Source of the DNA: Mobula hypostoma | Taxonomy: Eukaryota | Assembly: GCF_963921235.1 (NCBI RefSeq) | Contig: NC_086097.1 | Location: 142,850,001-142,914,000 of the forward strand | Direction of reading: 5' to 3' | DNA: 64,000 nucleotides | In this document: positions 27,173 through 40,742 of the stretch, in pieces | Position numbering within the stretch: position 1 is the stretch's first letter | How the letters are laid out: every line of letters starts with the position of its first letter | Position numbers and translations under genes: made by a program | Notes under the pieces: generated by a model | What the model saw: only the letters and a program-made list of their open reading frames with translations | Told to the model about the DNA's origin: nothing | The model's database searches: none

Positions 27173-27277
27173 ATTAATTTCTTCTATTGTTCCATCTAAG
27201 TACCTACAGACTTGAGTTTTGATGTCTTGAACCTGATTTACAGTTAAAGTTTCATAGCTGACTTGTCGACGGTTAGC
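27173..27277 (-). CDS. kif9: KIF9 exon: ANRRQVSYETLTVNQVQDIKTQVCRYLDGTIEEIN
   Basis: AAATAG|GCT...AAT|GTGAGT, 105 nt, phase 0-0; resembles KIF9 QVRRYLEGTLDEID; absent from the ORF track. Confidence 0.92.
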
Positions 27278-28104
27278 CTATTTAGGAAAGAAGAAGATAT
27301 CACTTGACAATCTGAGGAATTAAATGAATACTTAATTTAATAACTAGAAAAAAGGCTAGGGTATGGCAATATTCTGTAGCCAGAGCTAATTGTGAGAATA
27401 GATCATTCAATATTCAGAGATACAGTATATTTCAAGAATATATTACTTAATAATTCCTAAGAATATCTGTATCATAGATTCCCAAACAGAATACACACAA
27501 TATACCTGTATAATTTGACATTCAGAGATAATCACAATGAGGAAGCAGCTGATGTCAAGCTAATATATCCATTGCTTTTCAGAGAAAGTTTCTAGAATAT
27601 ATTACTCAATATCTACAGAGAATTGCAGGAATATTATCTATAGATATCCAGACAGCTTTACAAAGGTACATTATTTTATAACAAGAGGTGTATTACAAAA
27701 ATGTATAACTGGGCATCCAAAGAAAATTATTCTCCAAAGTAAAATCTACAATAAATGCTGGAAAAATAGAATATCTAGAGAACATTGATTGAGTATATCA
27801 TACAAAATCAAGACAATTTCTTGAGGAATTTTGAAAATCACTCAATAGCTACATGGGCCAGAACAGCATGTTATCCTGCTGCATCTCTAAATAAAATAAA
27901 ATATTTCAGAAGTACACGTCTAGTTATTCAAAGGGATTTTACATGAATGCATCACTTAAGTGTTCAAGCAGTAAATGGAAATATCAGTACTGAATATCCA
28001 AACGTAACACTGAAATGATTGGAAAATATTGATGCAAAATGATATCACATAGTTGCAGATGTCTGTGTTCCTATGAACAGCATAATAAACAGATAGAAAG
28101 CACT

Positions 28105-28303
28105 ATATACAAATTCTGGAGGAACTCAGCAGGCCAGGCAGCATCTATGGAAAAGAGTACAGTTGAGGTTTCAGACCGTACTGTCAAAGGTCTTGGCTCA
28201 AAACGTCAACTGTTCTCTTTTCCATAGATGCTGCCTGGCCTGCTGAGTTCCTCCAGCATTTTGTGTGCATTGTTTGGATTTCCAGCAGATTTTCTCCTGT
28301 TTG
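28105..28303. mobile_element. Palindromic Penelope terminal-repeat insertion with 14-bp TSD
   Basis: TSD AGATAGAAAGCACT at 28091-28104 and 28304-28317; arms 28116-28166 and 28206-28256 are reverse complements with 1 mismatch. Confidence 0.9.
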
Positions 28304-28456
28304 AGATAGAAAGCACTCTACAGCCAGGTATTATTAACTTGAAAAATCATACTTTCAATCATGTTCAAAATTAATCATACTTTCAGTTTCTTAACTAATT
28401 TTTATGCTATCAAAAATGATGCAAATATTTGAAGGAGGTAATGTGAAATATCTCAC

Positions 28457-28525
28457 CAGTATATTATACATAGCCAGCTCATCCTGAAGCACCTGGATGT
28501 CATGCTGAAGTTTCTGAATTAGTTT
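28457..28525 (-). CDS. kif9: KIF9 exon (neck coiled coil): KLIQKLQHDIQVLQDELAMYNIL
   Basis: TCCCAG|AAA...CTG|GTGAGA, 69 nt, phase 0-0; heptad pattern resembling KIF9 LEKELALLKQELAIHDSL. Confidence 0.9.
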
Positions 28526-30589
28526 CTGGGATAAAGAAACATAACTTAAATAAGGATGGGATATTAACTTTCTAAAGATCATTAGCTCTCTCTTTATCAT
28601 TTATTGATAAAATTGCTTTTTGTGTCACATTCATTTTTCACAAGGGACCAGATACTTATGGATAGAAAAGTTGAAGACAAGGTTGAATGCGAAGAATAGC
28701 TAAAAATTTAGCATGTGGAAGTCTTGCTAAATTTAGTGCCAAGACAAAGTATTTTTTCATTCTGTTTCCAACCCAACAGCCAGTCAGACTAACCAGGCAA
28801 GAAATTCAGTGGTGCATTGGAGCAGCAGTAACTTGAACTGTACTGTTTGCTGCAGTGTCTTAGCACATTAAAAATACATGCCTGTGATGTCAAATGTATA
28901 ATAGTATTCAACAAAAAGTGCCATTTGAAAAGTCCCTATAATTACAGAGGCCAGTGTATGCCCCTGTAAGCAATTGAGAGAGAGAAAAAAAAACAGAAGA
29001 GTTGCTGTACAAGAAACTGAGGTACTTACATGGAAAAAAGGTGGGAGTTGGTCCTGAATACTGCACATTCAAAATTGTGAGGGATAGGGGGTAGTCAGAA
29101 GATCCAGGGGCAAAGGTTATGTGAACATATCATGGAATAAAAAATGGTTTTAGAAGTTTGGAGATAGTAGGGGAGTGTGAAAGGGTTGGGGTTATTGGCA
29201 TTTTATAGGACAGAATGAGGGGGAGGGATTGTAAAGACATGAATGGAATGGGGAAATTGATAGATTGGATGCAGCAAAGGAGGCTTGCGGTAGAATATTG
29301 CAGGCATAAAGCAAGAGAGGTTGGCAGATTGGCAGAGGTTGGATGAACTGGGCCAGAGAAAAATCAAACTATAGGAGAGGGTCAGAATACCATGGAGCAG
29401 AAGATGGATTTGGAACATGAATAAGGGAGTGTGGCAGATTGTGGGTAAAGCTTAAGGAGATCATAGATAGGGAGAGTAACAGAAATTATGCGCAGAAAAG
29501 ATAAGAAAACTAGTTGAAAAAGTTAGGTTCTTGCAGCAGAAGGGAGTCAGATCAAGGTGAGAAAAGGTTTAAGAAAGGTAGAAGAGGGTTTGGCGAACTG
29601 GAGTGGTTTTGAGGAACATGATGTAGGAGGTGAATCAAAAGATATATGAAAGAAGGAGTTAGAAGAGAGAAGTAAAGAGCATAATCTGCAGATTTTAGGG
29701 GCTTTCAAGGAGAACCAGGAGAAATACGGAAGGATCATTGGAGGAGCCAATTTACAAAGCACTCACATTCTGTCTCACAAATACATTGTGGAACTTAATT
29801 GAAATGTTATGACAAAAAAACCTATCTTGAAAAATACAGGTATGCACATGGACAATAGCCTATAAAAAGTAGCCTTCCACCATCTATTGATGCACCAGGA
29901 ATCTAACTTCCATACCAGGAATTTCATTACACATTCTAAGAAATGCATTATAATAGCAGGTTCTGTACTTTGTATGAGATAATAAAACAAGGTCTTTTGA
30001 TTCTTGGGTCCTGATAGTAGACTAAAGTTCCAGTAAGACTACTTGAAAAACAGCAGATAACTATTTCTAGATCATAACTATGATTTTCCTTCAATTATTA
30101 TCACAAATAGACACATTTATCCATCTACTATTTGTGATGGGTAAAAGAATAAATTGCCAAGCTAATGATAGAGACTGTTTTTCAAAAATGAACAACCTAA
30201 TGTTCTTGGAAACTTTCTAAAAGATGTAAGAGTGTGATGAAAGCTAATGATAAATGTTGAGTGCCTGTTGGATAACATATTAAATTCTACGGCTTAGGTT
30301 AACTGGGCTGTTTATAAATAAATGCGCTAAGTTTCAGTTTTCAAGAAGAGAATTTTACAACACAGAAGCAGGCCCGACAGCCCACCAATTCCCTGCCAAC
30401 CCCTTTCCCATTTACACTTTATTCAGAATCAGACTACATAAGTTGTCCTGATGGGACCTGATACACATCACCTTGATGGTCAACTCAGACTTACAAACAT
30501 GAGTCTTAACTGATCATCAAGCATCCATTTATACTAATCCTATACCAGTCCCATTGTATGTTATTCTCCCTATTTATTTATCAAGTTAC

Positions 30590-32092
30590 GTGTGCTCATC
30601 GTCTGTGCAGGGCAGTTGGCCGGGGTCTTCACAGACACTTTTAACCTGTCCCTGGCCCAGGCAGTTGTCCCCATAAGCTTTAAGATCGCCACCATTGTGC
30701 CAGTGTCGAAGCATTCCACTGCCACGGGCCAGAATGACTTCCACCCAGTTGCACTCACCCCCATCATTGCAAAGTGCTTTGAGAGACCAGTTCTATCACA
30801 TCCGAAATTCTGTCTGCCCTCTACCTTGGACCCCCATCAACTTGCATATCGCACCAACAGGTCAACAGAGGACACCATCTCTACGGCACTTCACTCTGCC
30901 CTGACCCACCTGGACAGCCCCAACTCTTACGTCAGAATGCTGTACATTGACTTTAGTTCGGCATTCAATACTGTGATCCCCTCCAAGCTGATCGCCAAAC
31001 TTCGCCTGCTTGGTATCAGCTCATCCCTCTGCAATTGGACCTTGGACTTTCTAACTAAAAGACCCTAATCAGTTAAGTTAGACAACCTCTCCTCCTCCAC
31101 TCTCCCCCTGAATACCGGCGTGCCTCAAGGCTGTGTGCTGAGCCTTCTTCTGTACTCCCTTTTCACCTGTGACTGCGTTCCTGTACATGGTTCTAACTCC
31201 ATAATCAAGTTCGCAGACGACACCATGATGGTTGGCCTGATCGGAGGGGATGACGAGATGACCTACAGGGACAAGGTCTAGCACCCGGCTGCGTGGTGTG
31301 CTGACAACAACCTGGCCCTTAACACCCAGAAGACCAAGGAGATCATTGTGGACTTCAGACATGTTAGGAGCCACACTCACGTCCCCATCTACATCAACAG
31401 AGCTGTAGTGGAGCGTGTATCAAGCTTCAAATTCCTTGGTGGTCTCATTTTCGAGGATCTCACCTGGTCCCTGAACTCCTCCATCCTGATCAAAAAGGCG
31501 CAACAGCACCTTTATTTCCTGCAGAGCATCAAGAAAGCTCACCTCTGTCCCAGGATACTGACAGACTTTTACTGCTGTACCATTGAGAGCATACTCACCA
31601 ATTGCATCTCAGTGTGGTATGGCAATTGTCCCGTATTGGACCACAAAACACTTAAACGTGTGGTGAAAACTGCCCAGCGGATTATCGGCACCCAATTGCT
31701 CACCATTGAGAACATCTACCATAAATGCTGCCTGGGCAGGGCGAAAAGCATTATCAAGGATGCATCTCACCCTAACCATGGACTTTTTACTCTCCTCCCA
31801 TCTGGTAGGCGCTACAGGAGCCTCCGCTCCTGCACCAGCAGGCACAGGAAGAGCTTCTTTCCTGAGGCTGTGACCCTGCTGAACCTCACATCACAGCGCT
31901 AAGCAGTATTGCACTCATATTGTACTGTCTCAGTACTTTTATATTTGTGTGCTGTAGCACTTACTTTTTATTTGCAGTTATTTTGTAAGTAACACTATTC
32001 TTTGCATTTCTGGTCAGATGCTAACCGCATTTCATTGGCTTTGTGTCTGTACTCGGCACAATGACAATAAAGTTGAATCTAATCTAATCTAA
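30590..32092 (+). mobile_element. Young 5'-truncated Rex1/Babar LINE (RT domain nearly intact)
   Basis: ORFs 30592-31068 and 31348-31902: [65 protein letters not shown]; few stops; AATAAA plus (AATCT)n tail. Confidence 0.93.
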
Positions 32093-33462
32093 AACATAGA
32101 ACATAGAAAACCTACAGCACAATACAGGTTCCTCGGCCCACAAGGCTGTGCTGAACATGTACTTACTTTAGAAATTACCCAGGGTTACATATAGCCCTCT
32201 ATTTTTCTAAGCCCCATGTACCTATTCAGGAGTCTCTTAAAAGACCCTATCGTATCCACCTCCACCACCATTGCTGGCAGCCTATTCCACGCACTTACCA
32301 CTCTCTGCGTAAAAAACCTACACCTGACATCTCCTCTGTACCTACTTCCAAGCACCTTAAAACTGTGACCTCTCATGTTAGCCATTTGAGCCCTGGAAAA
32401 AAGCCTCTGACTATCCACATGATCAATGCCTCTCATCATCTTATACACCTCTATCAGGTCACCTCTCATTCTCCATTGCTCCAAGGAGAAAAGGCCGAGT
32501 TCACTCAACCTATTCTCATAAGGCATGCTCCCCAATCCAGGCAACATCCTTGTAAATATCCTCTGCATCATTTCTATAGTTTCCATATCCTTCTTGTAGT
32601 GATGTGACTAGAACTGAGCACAGTACTCCAAGAGGGGTCTGACCTGGGTCCTGTATAGCTGTAACATTACCTCTTGGCTTTTAAACTCAATCCCACGGTT
32701 GATGAAGGCCAGTGCATCATCTGCCTTCTTGACCACAGGTTGACCATACAGTCAACCTGTGCAACAGCTTTGAGTGTCCTATGAACTCGTACCCCAAGAT
32801 CCCTCTGATCCTCCATACTGCCAAAAATCTTACCATTAATACTATATTCTGCCATCATATTTGACCTACTAAAATGAACCACTTCACACTTATCAGGGTT
32901 GAACTCCACCTGCTACTCCTCAGCCCAGTTTTGCATCTTATCGATGTCCTGCTGTAACCTCTGACAGCTCTCCACACTATCCACAACACCCCCAACTTTT
33001 GTGTCTGCAGCAAATTTACTAACCCATCCCTCCAGTTCCTCATCCAGGTCATTTATAAAAACCATGAAGAGAAGGGATCCCAGAACAGATCCTTGAGGCA
33101 CACCACTGGTCACCGACCTCCATGCTGAATATGACCCATCTACAACCACTCTTTGCCTTCTGTGGGCAAGCCAATTCTGGATCCACTAAGCAATGTCCCC
33201 TTGGATTCCATGTCCCCTTACTTTCTCAATAAGTCGTTGCATGGGGTACCTTATCAAATGCCTTGCTGAAATCCATATACACTACATCTACTACTCTACC
33301 TTCATCAACGTGTTTAGTCACATCCTGAAAAAAATTCAATCAGGCTTGTAAGGCAGCACGACCTGCTTTTGACAAAGCCATGCTGACTATTCCTAATCAT
33401 ATTATGCCTCTCCAAATGTTCATAATCCTTTCCTCTCAGGATCTTTTCCATCAACTTACCAA
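32093..33462 (-). mobile_element. CR1-clade LINE, 5'-truncated, tail-to-tail with the Rex element
   Basis: VTSGVPQGSVLGSLLF..FINDLD, SKFAADTK, MEFNPDKCEVVHF, RMRGDLIEVYK; (TTCTATG)n tail. Confidence 0.93.
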
Positions 33463-34346
33463 TCAGATTCTTCCACTCACCTGTTCATTAGGGAAATTGT
33501 CCAGATTCTTCCACTCACCTACTCATTAGGGAAATTTTTACTGTGGCCAACTAGCCAACTAACTTCTATGCCTTTGGAGTACAGGATGAAACCAGAGCAC
33601 TCTGAGGAAACTCACATGATCATGGAAAGAATGTGCCACTCCATAGATATGGCACTCGAGGTCATGATTGAACTTGGGTCACTGGAGTTGTGAGGCAGAA
33701 GATTTACTATATGTGTCACAGTGTTGCTCCGTGTTGGGTTTGGATTGGGTCAACTGTCAAAGGAATCATGTCCTTGGGCTTGGATCAGTCTTGATTGCCA
33801 CGGTTGCGATCAGTTTTGGTTTTATATTCAATGAGATACCTGGATGTCTGGAATGCACTGCCTGGTTTGGTGGTAGAGGCAAATACATTAGGGGATTTTA
33901 AGATACATTTGGATAGGCACATGGGTGTAAGGAAGATGGAGGGATATTTGGAATGGTGTAGATAGGAGGGATTAGTGTTTTTGATTTGCTTTTAACTGTT
34001 TCAGCAGAACATTGTGTGCTGAGTAGCCTATTCCTGTGCTGTATTCTTCTATGAGAGCTCCAAAATCCAAAATTCAAAAACAGAAATTAAAATCTAACTT
34101 CTTTTGTTTCTAAACAAGGACATAGATTTGAAATGTGAAGTCTTGCCTATCTCTACAGATGCTGCCTGATTTGCTAAATGTTTCCAGCAATTTTTTTTGT
34201 AAAGGAAGAGAGAAGATGTCATTCTCTCAATCAATGTAGGAGTGAGATTACAGAAATATTATACTAACAATTTGTATTTGTGATGTCCGAGTACTTATAT
34301 GTGTTAGAAAGAATTAAGAAATAAAATCAATAATTTGTACACTCAC

Positions 34347-34424
34347 CATAGGGTCACTATGTACATTAGCAACTGGTTCAGCTGGTATACACTTCATTCT
34401 TGATGCAAACCGGAGTGTAGATAA
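34347..34424 (-). CDS. kif9: KIF9 exon (end of motor domain): LSTLRFASRMKCIPAEPVANVHSDPM
   Basis: TTTCAG|TTA...ATG|GTGAGT, 78 nt, phase 0-0; LRFASR motif. Confidence 0.95.
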
Positions 34425-35429
34425 CTGAAACAAAAGAATGACACTATCAGCCTCCAAGGAGGAAGATGTTTATTTTGGTTTATACCTTTTAATTGCTTTC
34501 TGTAGTCATTATTATTAATGTGTGAGCTTAATGTATGTTGAAGAGTTATTGGATCACTTGTGCTCCAAAGTCAAAAGTAGTATTCAGCAGATCTCCATAT
34601 TTACTAAAGTTCTAGATTTGGACTAATGATTAAAAACAAATGCTTTCCTAATAGCCTTTCTCCATACCAATACACTTTCTATCATCCTGCCACAGCTCAG
34701 ACTAGAGTTGGAAAATGACACCTTCTAAATTTATGCCTTACTTTTAAACTAGGCAGTGCATTTACATAAGAACTACACGAGGAGTGCCTGCAGGGTGTCT
34801 AGCCACCCTCCTTATCAGGCAGGACAAAAAACAAGACCTGTCAAAGGATGGATGAACCCTCTCGTAGAGTCAATGGCTAGCTAGCAAACACATGCCATGA
34901 AGTGCAGAAAGGGCATCCCTTGGATCGAGGCTTGGTCTGACCATTCACTGTAACAGAACTTCCCCCAGCCGTCTTGGACCCCACCATGCCACTGGATCCG
35001 GTGGGGGGGGGGATGTCGAGAGGGTGGGTCTGGACCTGTGAAACCCCCTACTCACCTAAAATCCATTCACGCACACGCTCTTCCTTTCTGAGGAGTAGGG
35101 TATCCCCACTAACTGACTGAAAGGAACTATCATCATCCTGAGGGAGAGGGAGGAGGAGTTTCATTGGTGTTAAATCAATTTGTGTGCCATTTGCACTGAA
35201 TGGGAAATATAACAATAGTGAAGATGATTTGCCATTCTTGGGATATATGCATTATTGACAGAACTGATTTTTAGTGCCAGTCCCAAAGAAGGTGATGCTA
35301 AGCCTCTTTCAACTGCTTACAGTAGTTTGATGCAAATGAACAGACTGTCTGGTTACCACAGAAGAAATCAAGAATTGGTTGTGATAATATTAGATCGTAG
35401 GCCACACTAGTTGTGTGAGGCAAGTTTCT

Positions 35430-36071
35430 TTTTTAGACTAAACTTGGATAACAGAAGGATGCTTGACAGCTGTGACAGGTACAAAGTAAAACCATGCAAT
35501 GTAAATGACAACAAAGTTTCACTCCCAGATGAGCTCAATACCTTTTATGCTCACTCTGACCAACAGAACATGAAGGTCCCCACAACCCCCAATGACCCAA
35601 TGATTTCAGTTTCTGAGACCAACCCAAGAGCACCCTTAGGAGGCTGAATTCATGGAAAGCATCTGGCCTAGACAGCATACCAGGCCAGGTACTGAAGACT
35701 TATGCTAATCATCTTGCTGGAGCATTTACAGATATTAACATTTCGCTTCGGCAGCCTGAGGTACCCACAAACAAAGGAGCTTAGGTCCCAACACCAGCTG
35801 CAGGAACATTCATTACCTCACAACCATCAGGCACCTGAGCCAGCATAGACAACTTCACTGACCAAAACTCTGAACTGATTCTACAACCTAATGACTCACT
35901 TTCAAGGGCAACTCATGTTCTCAGTAATTATTTTATTTGCACAATTTGTCTTCTTTTGCACATTGGTTGGCAGTCTTTGTTTATGTATAATTTTTTTACA
36001 AATTCTAATGTATTTTCCTGTAAATGCCTGAAAGAAAATTAATCTCAAGGTAATCTGTGGTAACATATACG
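35430..36071 (+). mobile_element. Rex1/Babar LINE, internally deleted fragments
   Basis: SLPDELNTFYA, KASGLDSIPG-like remnants and a Rex-type 3' UTR that resumes after 36604. Confidence 0.65.
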
Positions 36072-36603
36072 GGTAACACCCTGGGAAAGGTCACTGTTAA
36101 CATAATGGTCTTTCTGTAGAAGCAATGTTTGGGTTATGGTCAGAGATAACAAGTGCTTTGGAATGTGAGCTGGGTCCTTTGTTCGGTGGAGATGAAAAGG
36201 GAAGACGCTGGAGAGAACCGGTTGTAGGATTTGACCCGGTGGGGGACCGTGATTCGATGGAACAAGGTGCCTTAGTCAACTGAGGATTGGTGAATTTGAC
36301 TTTTGGAAGAGTAGAGCTCCAATTTGTGCACATTTGACTGTTTAATTATAATGGGCCCTTTTTGTTTTTTCTTTCTTTTCTTGACTAATCGTTTAGTTAA
36401 GATTCATAAATATAATTCCTTTAAGCATATGCAGTGTGCTGTCTGTTATTTCTTGGCACTGAGTCGTAGCAGAGTAGCAAATCACACAGTATCCACACAA
36501 ACCGGGGTTTGAGGTGGGACAGTCGTCTCAATCTATGGGTCTGGCAGGATTGGAGTATGTATTTCCTAGACTTTATGCAGCCAAGGAAACCAATGGAGTT
36601 TCA
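36072..36603 (+). mobile_element. Probable solo LTR
   Basis: GGTAACACCC...GTTTCA termini (TG..CA with one change), imperfect 4-bp TSD TACG/TAAG, cleanly interrupts a Rex 3' tail. Confidence 0.55.
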
Positions 36604-37424
36604 TAAGTACTTTAAAAATAAATTTACTTGATTCTGACTTTAAAATAAGAGAATTGTGACAGATTCATAATCACATCAGGAGCATCAGTTTTTATTTATT
36701 CCCAGATTCTTTAAAAACTCTGAATGAAGAGTCACAAATGAATAATTAGTTCTCTAATTGTATCTCTCTCTCCACTTTCAAAAGTATTTTGGGATCTTGT
36801 TGAATTGAATTTTCCTGTAAAGAAATCATCAATAGGTTCTTTTTACCCAGTGGCCATATTTATTGCATGATCCAGATAGATATCTCAGGCAGATTGTCTG
36901 AGCTCACCACTGTCAGACCTGGACTATTCTCATCTGACATTTAGAGTCTTTTTATTTTGTAACAATAAGAACTGTTAGGTATCTGGAGATGAATCCTACT
37001 TTGCTCAGTGAACAGGCTGTTTAAAAATATTTAAGAGACACAAGTTCATAATCATGCCGGTGGACAGAAAAACACACAGGATCAAAGCCAAGCAATACAT
37101 ACATGTTGGCTTATAGACACAAATAATATCAAATTGATCATTTGATATAAACAAAGTTAGAAGAACCTCTCGTGGAAATATGGTTTGATAGAAGCACCAA
37201 GATGCATGAACTATGCTTGATTTCCTACTGTGTTGGATTGGAAGAAAGGCATTATAATCAGTCTCAACACCTTGGTTTAGGAAAGCAGAAAACTCATGCT
37301 GCTCTGCATAGCTGCAAAACATTTTTGTAGACTGTAGAAGTACTGCAGGTAGTTATTGGACTCCAGTAAAAGATAGTTAGGTAATGTTGTACATCAGTAG
37401 TCTTGGATCAGATGGACCAGGGAA

Positions 37425-38205
37425 GACAATCTCATATTCAATCATCAATATATACACTTGAAATTTTGTCATAGACCATATTTAACACCGAGAATTAGAC
37501 ATCAAATGGGACTGGTTCCTGACCCATATTGCTCATTTTGCCCCCATGGAACTGTGGGCTCTTTTATACATGTCGTATGGGAATGTCCAGGGGTTTTTGG
37601 TTTGTGGGGGAAGGTTATCGGTACTCTTACAGAACTAATGGGGGTACAATTACCAATGGACCTTGCTGTACATCTTCTAAATGATGACTCCCACCTTTCC
37701 CTTATGGAAAAAATATGCAAAGTCTGGCTGGCAGGCCTGACTGCAGCTAAGAAGATTGTAGTTCAGCGTTGGAAACCTCCCCATGATATTTCAAGTACTC
37801 ACTGACTTCGGAGCTTTTTGGACATTTCTTACCTGGAACTATCATCAGCAAGAGTAAATGATGCACGACCAAACGCAATCTTAATGTGGACAAATTTGAT
37901 ATCTAACTCAAAAGATCTTCTGTTAAAAAATAGGAATGCTCTGTGTATGCACTACTATTCAGTTGGTTGGTGGAGGGGCGAGGGATGGGGGAGAGAGGGG
38001 TGGAGGGGCGAGGGATGGGGAGTGAGGGGTGGAGGGGTGAGAGATGGGGAGAGAGGGGTGTAGAGGGAGTGGGGATGAGGAAGAGGATGAGGGGTGGAGG
38101 GGGGATGGTGATGAAGGTTGGGGGGGGTGGCTGGGTTAAACAGTCAAAATGTAATCGGCAACTGATTATATTGAATGTAATTTGTTGATTTTGCAATTAA
38201 AAAAA
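37425..38205 (+). mobile_element. L1/Tx1-clade LINE 3' end (ORF2 zinc knuckle, G-rich UTR, A tail)
   Basis: KFCHRPYLTP...CSFCPHGTVGSFIHVVWECP (CCHC); G-rich 37970-38135; ATTAAA plus A run. Confidence 0.85.
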
Positions 38206-38974
38206 TGATTAGAAAAAAACAATATAATAAAGGTACTTAAACTGTAATTGCTGTTCTCCCCCACTACGCTATGACATTTTCTGTGACACCTATCACTCAT
38301 TTCGCTATACAGATACATATTCTCATTCATTCTCTCTCCCTCTCCCTCCTCACTTCCACTTCAGTTCACCAGGTTCTGATATGTCTGTTAGGAACAACAA
38401 TCTGCAGCAGGTTAGATGACAGATGTTTGATGGAACAGATGGGGTGTGGATGGAATTTTGCACTTCATCCATCTCTTATGTGATTCATTTGTGTGCTCTT
38501 GACAACTTTCTTTGCTGTTGATTCCTTTTTATCGACCGCCATCCTTCCACATTGTTACATGCTCTTCTCACACATATCTAGGAAAAGCAGGCTGTTTCAA
38601 TGACAATTTGTCCATCTTAAACATCCATAGGTTCCACATTTAGTTACATTGTGAACTATTTAATCTGTGACAATTTGTCAATACTTGCATGGCAATATCT
38701 TCAAATTTTACAGTGCTTAGATGGACAGAGTGAATTAGTGTGTTGTTACTTCTTTACTTGCAGGTCAAAATCTTAGAATTTCCCACCTGACAGCAATGTG
38801 GAAGCACCATTGTACATGGATTGCAGTGATTCAACCTGAGGACTTTTTATCATATCACTAAGACATAAAAACAGAAGGCCATTAGATAATGGATCTCCCA
38901 TTTTGACAATGACTTTAAGAAAAACATAGTCAAAGGAACAATGACAAATCTACGTTTTCCCATAAGGTCCTTAC

Positions 38975-39039
38975 CGTTTCCTCAATTTGAGCAGCCTCTC
39001 CATAGATATTTGCTACCAAGATTGTGTTGCAGGTTCCAC
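38975..39039 (-). CDS. kif9: KIF9 exon: (G)GTCNTILVANIYGEAAQIEET
   Basis: TTCTAG|GT...ACG|GTAAG, 65 nt, phase 1-0; KIF9-like NIYGEAAQ. Confidence 0.95.
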
Positions 39040-39999
39040 CTAGAATATTGAGAAGTGACTGTTATAATACTGCAGGCTCAAACTAAAAGTTGAAGGTTTT
39101 ACATTAATTGTTGTATTGCTTCCACTCATGAGAGAAAAGTATCTGAAAATAGATGATATAAATATATAAAAAGAACATGTCCTGGAAACTGAAGGCCTTT
39201 GCTTGTTCAGCGGCATATTGTTGGGAAATTAAGTAGCAGATTAGGTCAAAGGGTCATGTGGTACAGTATAGACTAATCAAGCACGTAAGGGCAGTGCAGT
39301 GGTGCAGCTGGTAGAGCTGATGCTTCGTAGAACTAGAAGTTTGCACATGTTTGCTGTCACTGCTTGGGTTTCCTCCCACATACAAGTTGGCAGGTATCCT
39401 GGCTCCTGTAAATTGCTCCTGGTGTATAGATGAGTGGTAGACTCTAGGGAAGCTGATGAGAACATAGTGAGAATGAAAAAGACCATTATTTAGTGGAGAA
39501 CAATTGAGAAAACTTTGGAACGAATCAGAGGAAATCCTTTCATGGGTAGGACACCCACATTATATGTTTCCTTGGCACATTCTCCTGGTACCACTACAAT
39601 GGCAGAGGTACAGTAAATTAAAGCTTTATTTTAATTCTCAATACCTAGGTGGGAAGAGAAGGATAATAATAAAAACCTGTTCATCCTTGTTAAGAAGTTG
39701 AAGACTGAATGAGTGCTTGCTAGTTCACTTCTGTTAAAATTCATCTCCATATTGGGCAGGAGTCATAAAGGTCGTGTAAGACAAGAATAACAACTTTCCT
39801 TCCCTAAATACAGTAATATTAGTAAGTGGTTGAGGTTTAACCGCAATATGAACAGGTTTTTATTCCCAATTTAAAAAAAAACACACAAACTTTAAATTTA
39901 GGATTTCCATAATAGGACTAAGATATCTTTGCTGGATTTCTAGTCCAGGTCTCTGGATCACTAGTCTAAATATAGCAATATACTAATACTCATTTTGTC

Positions 40000-40530
40000 T
40001 ACTGCCAAGTTGAGGCTAGAAGCAGGTTAGAGGATAACACCTTGTATTCCATTTTGGTAGACTCCAACTTGAAAGCATTAAAATTGATTTCCCAAGCTTC
40101 CAGTAATCTCTCCTCTCTGTAACCCTGCCCCTTTGTTTTCCATTATCCCTCTGGCCCCATTGCCCCTCCCCCACCCATCACCCTCACATTCCCCACCTCA
40201 TTCCCTTTATCTCGTGGTCCATTACCTCTTCTATCAGATTCCATCTTTTTTAAGCCCTTTGCCTCTTCCACGTATCACTTCCCAGTATCACACATCATTC
40301 CCATTTCTCCCAACCACCTGCCCCCCACCTATCTATCTTGTCCCTCTCAGTTAGATTCACCTATCACCCACTAGTTCAAGGACCTTTCCCCCTCCCCACA
40401 ACTTTCATTGTGACTTCTGCCCTCTTTCTTTTCAGTCCTGATGAGGGGTTTCGGCCAAAATACTGACTGTTTACTTCTCTGCATAGATGCTGCTGGATTT
40501 GCTGAGTTCCTTCAGCATTTTTTTGTGTTG
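40000..40530 (+). mobile_element. Penelope-like 3' fragment with decayed hammerhead
   Basis: Pyrimidine-rich 3' region, then CAGTC CTGATGA GGGG tttcgg CC AAAA TACT GACTG (40433-40469) and the shared ATAGATGCTGC...GAGTTCC tail. Confidence 0.75.
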
Positions 40531-40594
40531 ACCTTATTTCATTCAATTAATTTCTGATGCTTCTGTGCATTCACTGCTTCTTCTACATGCTTAC

Positions 40595-40742
40595 CTATGG
40601 AATCCTTCAGTACATGTGTGAGTTTGCTCTGTCTAAATGGAATATGTTCTCTCTTGGAATCAGTAAGAGCAATAATGGTCTGCTCAAGGAAGGAGAGTGA
40701 CTTATTGATGTACATAGCTTCTCGCATCACTTGTCCTTCAGA
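40595..40742 (-). CDS. kif9: KIF9 exon: SEGQVMREAMYINKSLSFLEQTIIALTDSKREHIPFRQSKLTHVLKDSI(G)
   Basis: TTTCAG|TCT...ATAG|GTAAG, 148 nt, phase 0-1; INKSL and HIPFR-SKLT-LKDS motifs. Confidence 0.96.

Noticed and set aside
29070..29760. Purine-rich strand-skewed tract
   Set aside because: No periodicity, termini or credible ORF; probably an ancient repeat relic
34770..35140. GC-richer island ending in (ATC)n
   Set aside because: Looks like a retroelement 3' end, but family and any RNA structure could not be supported
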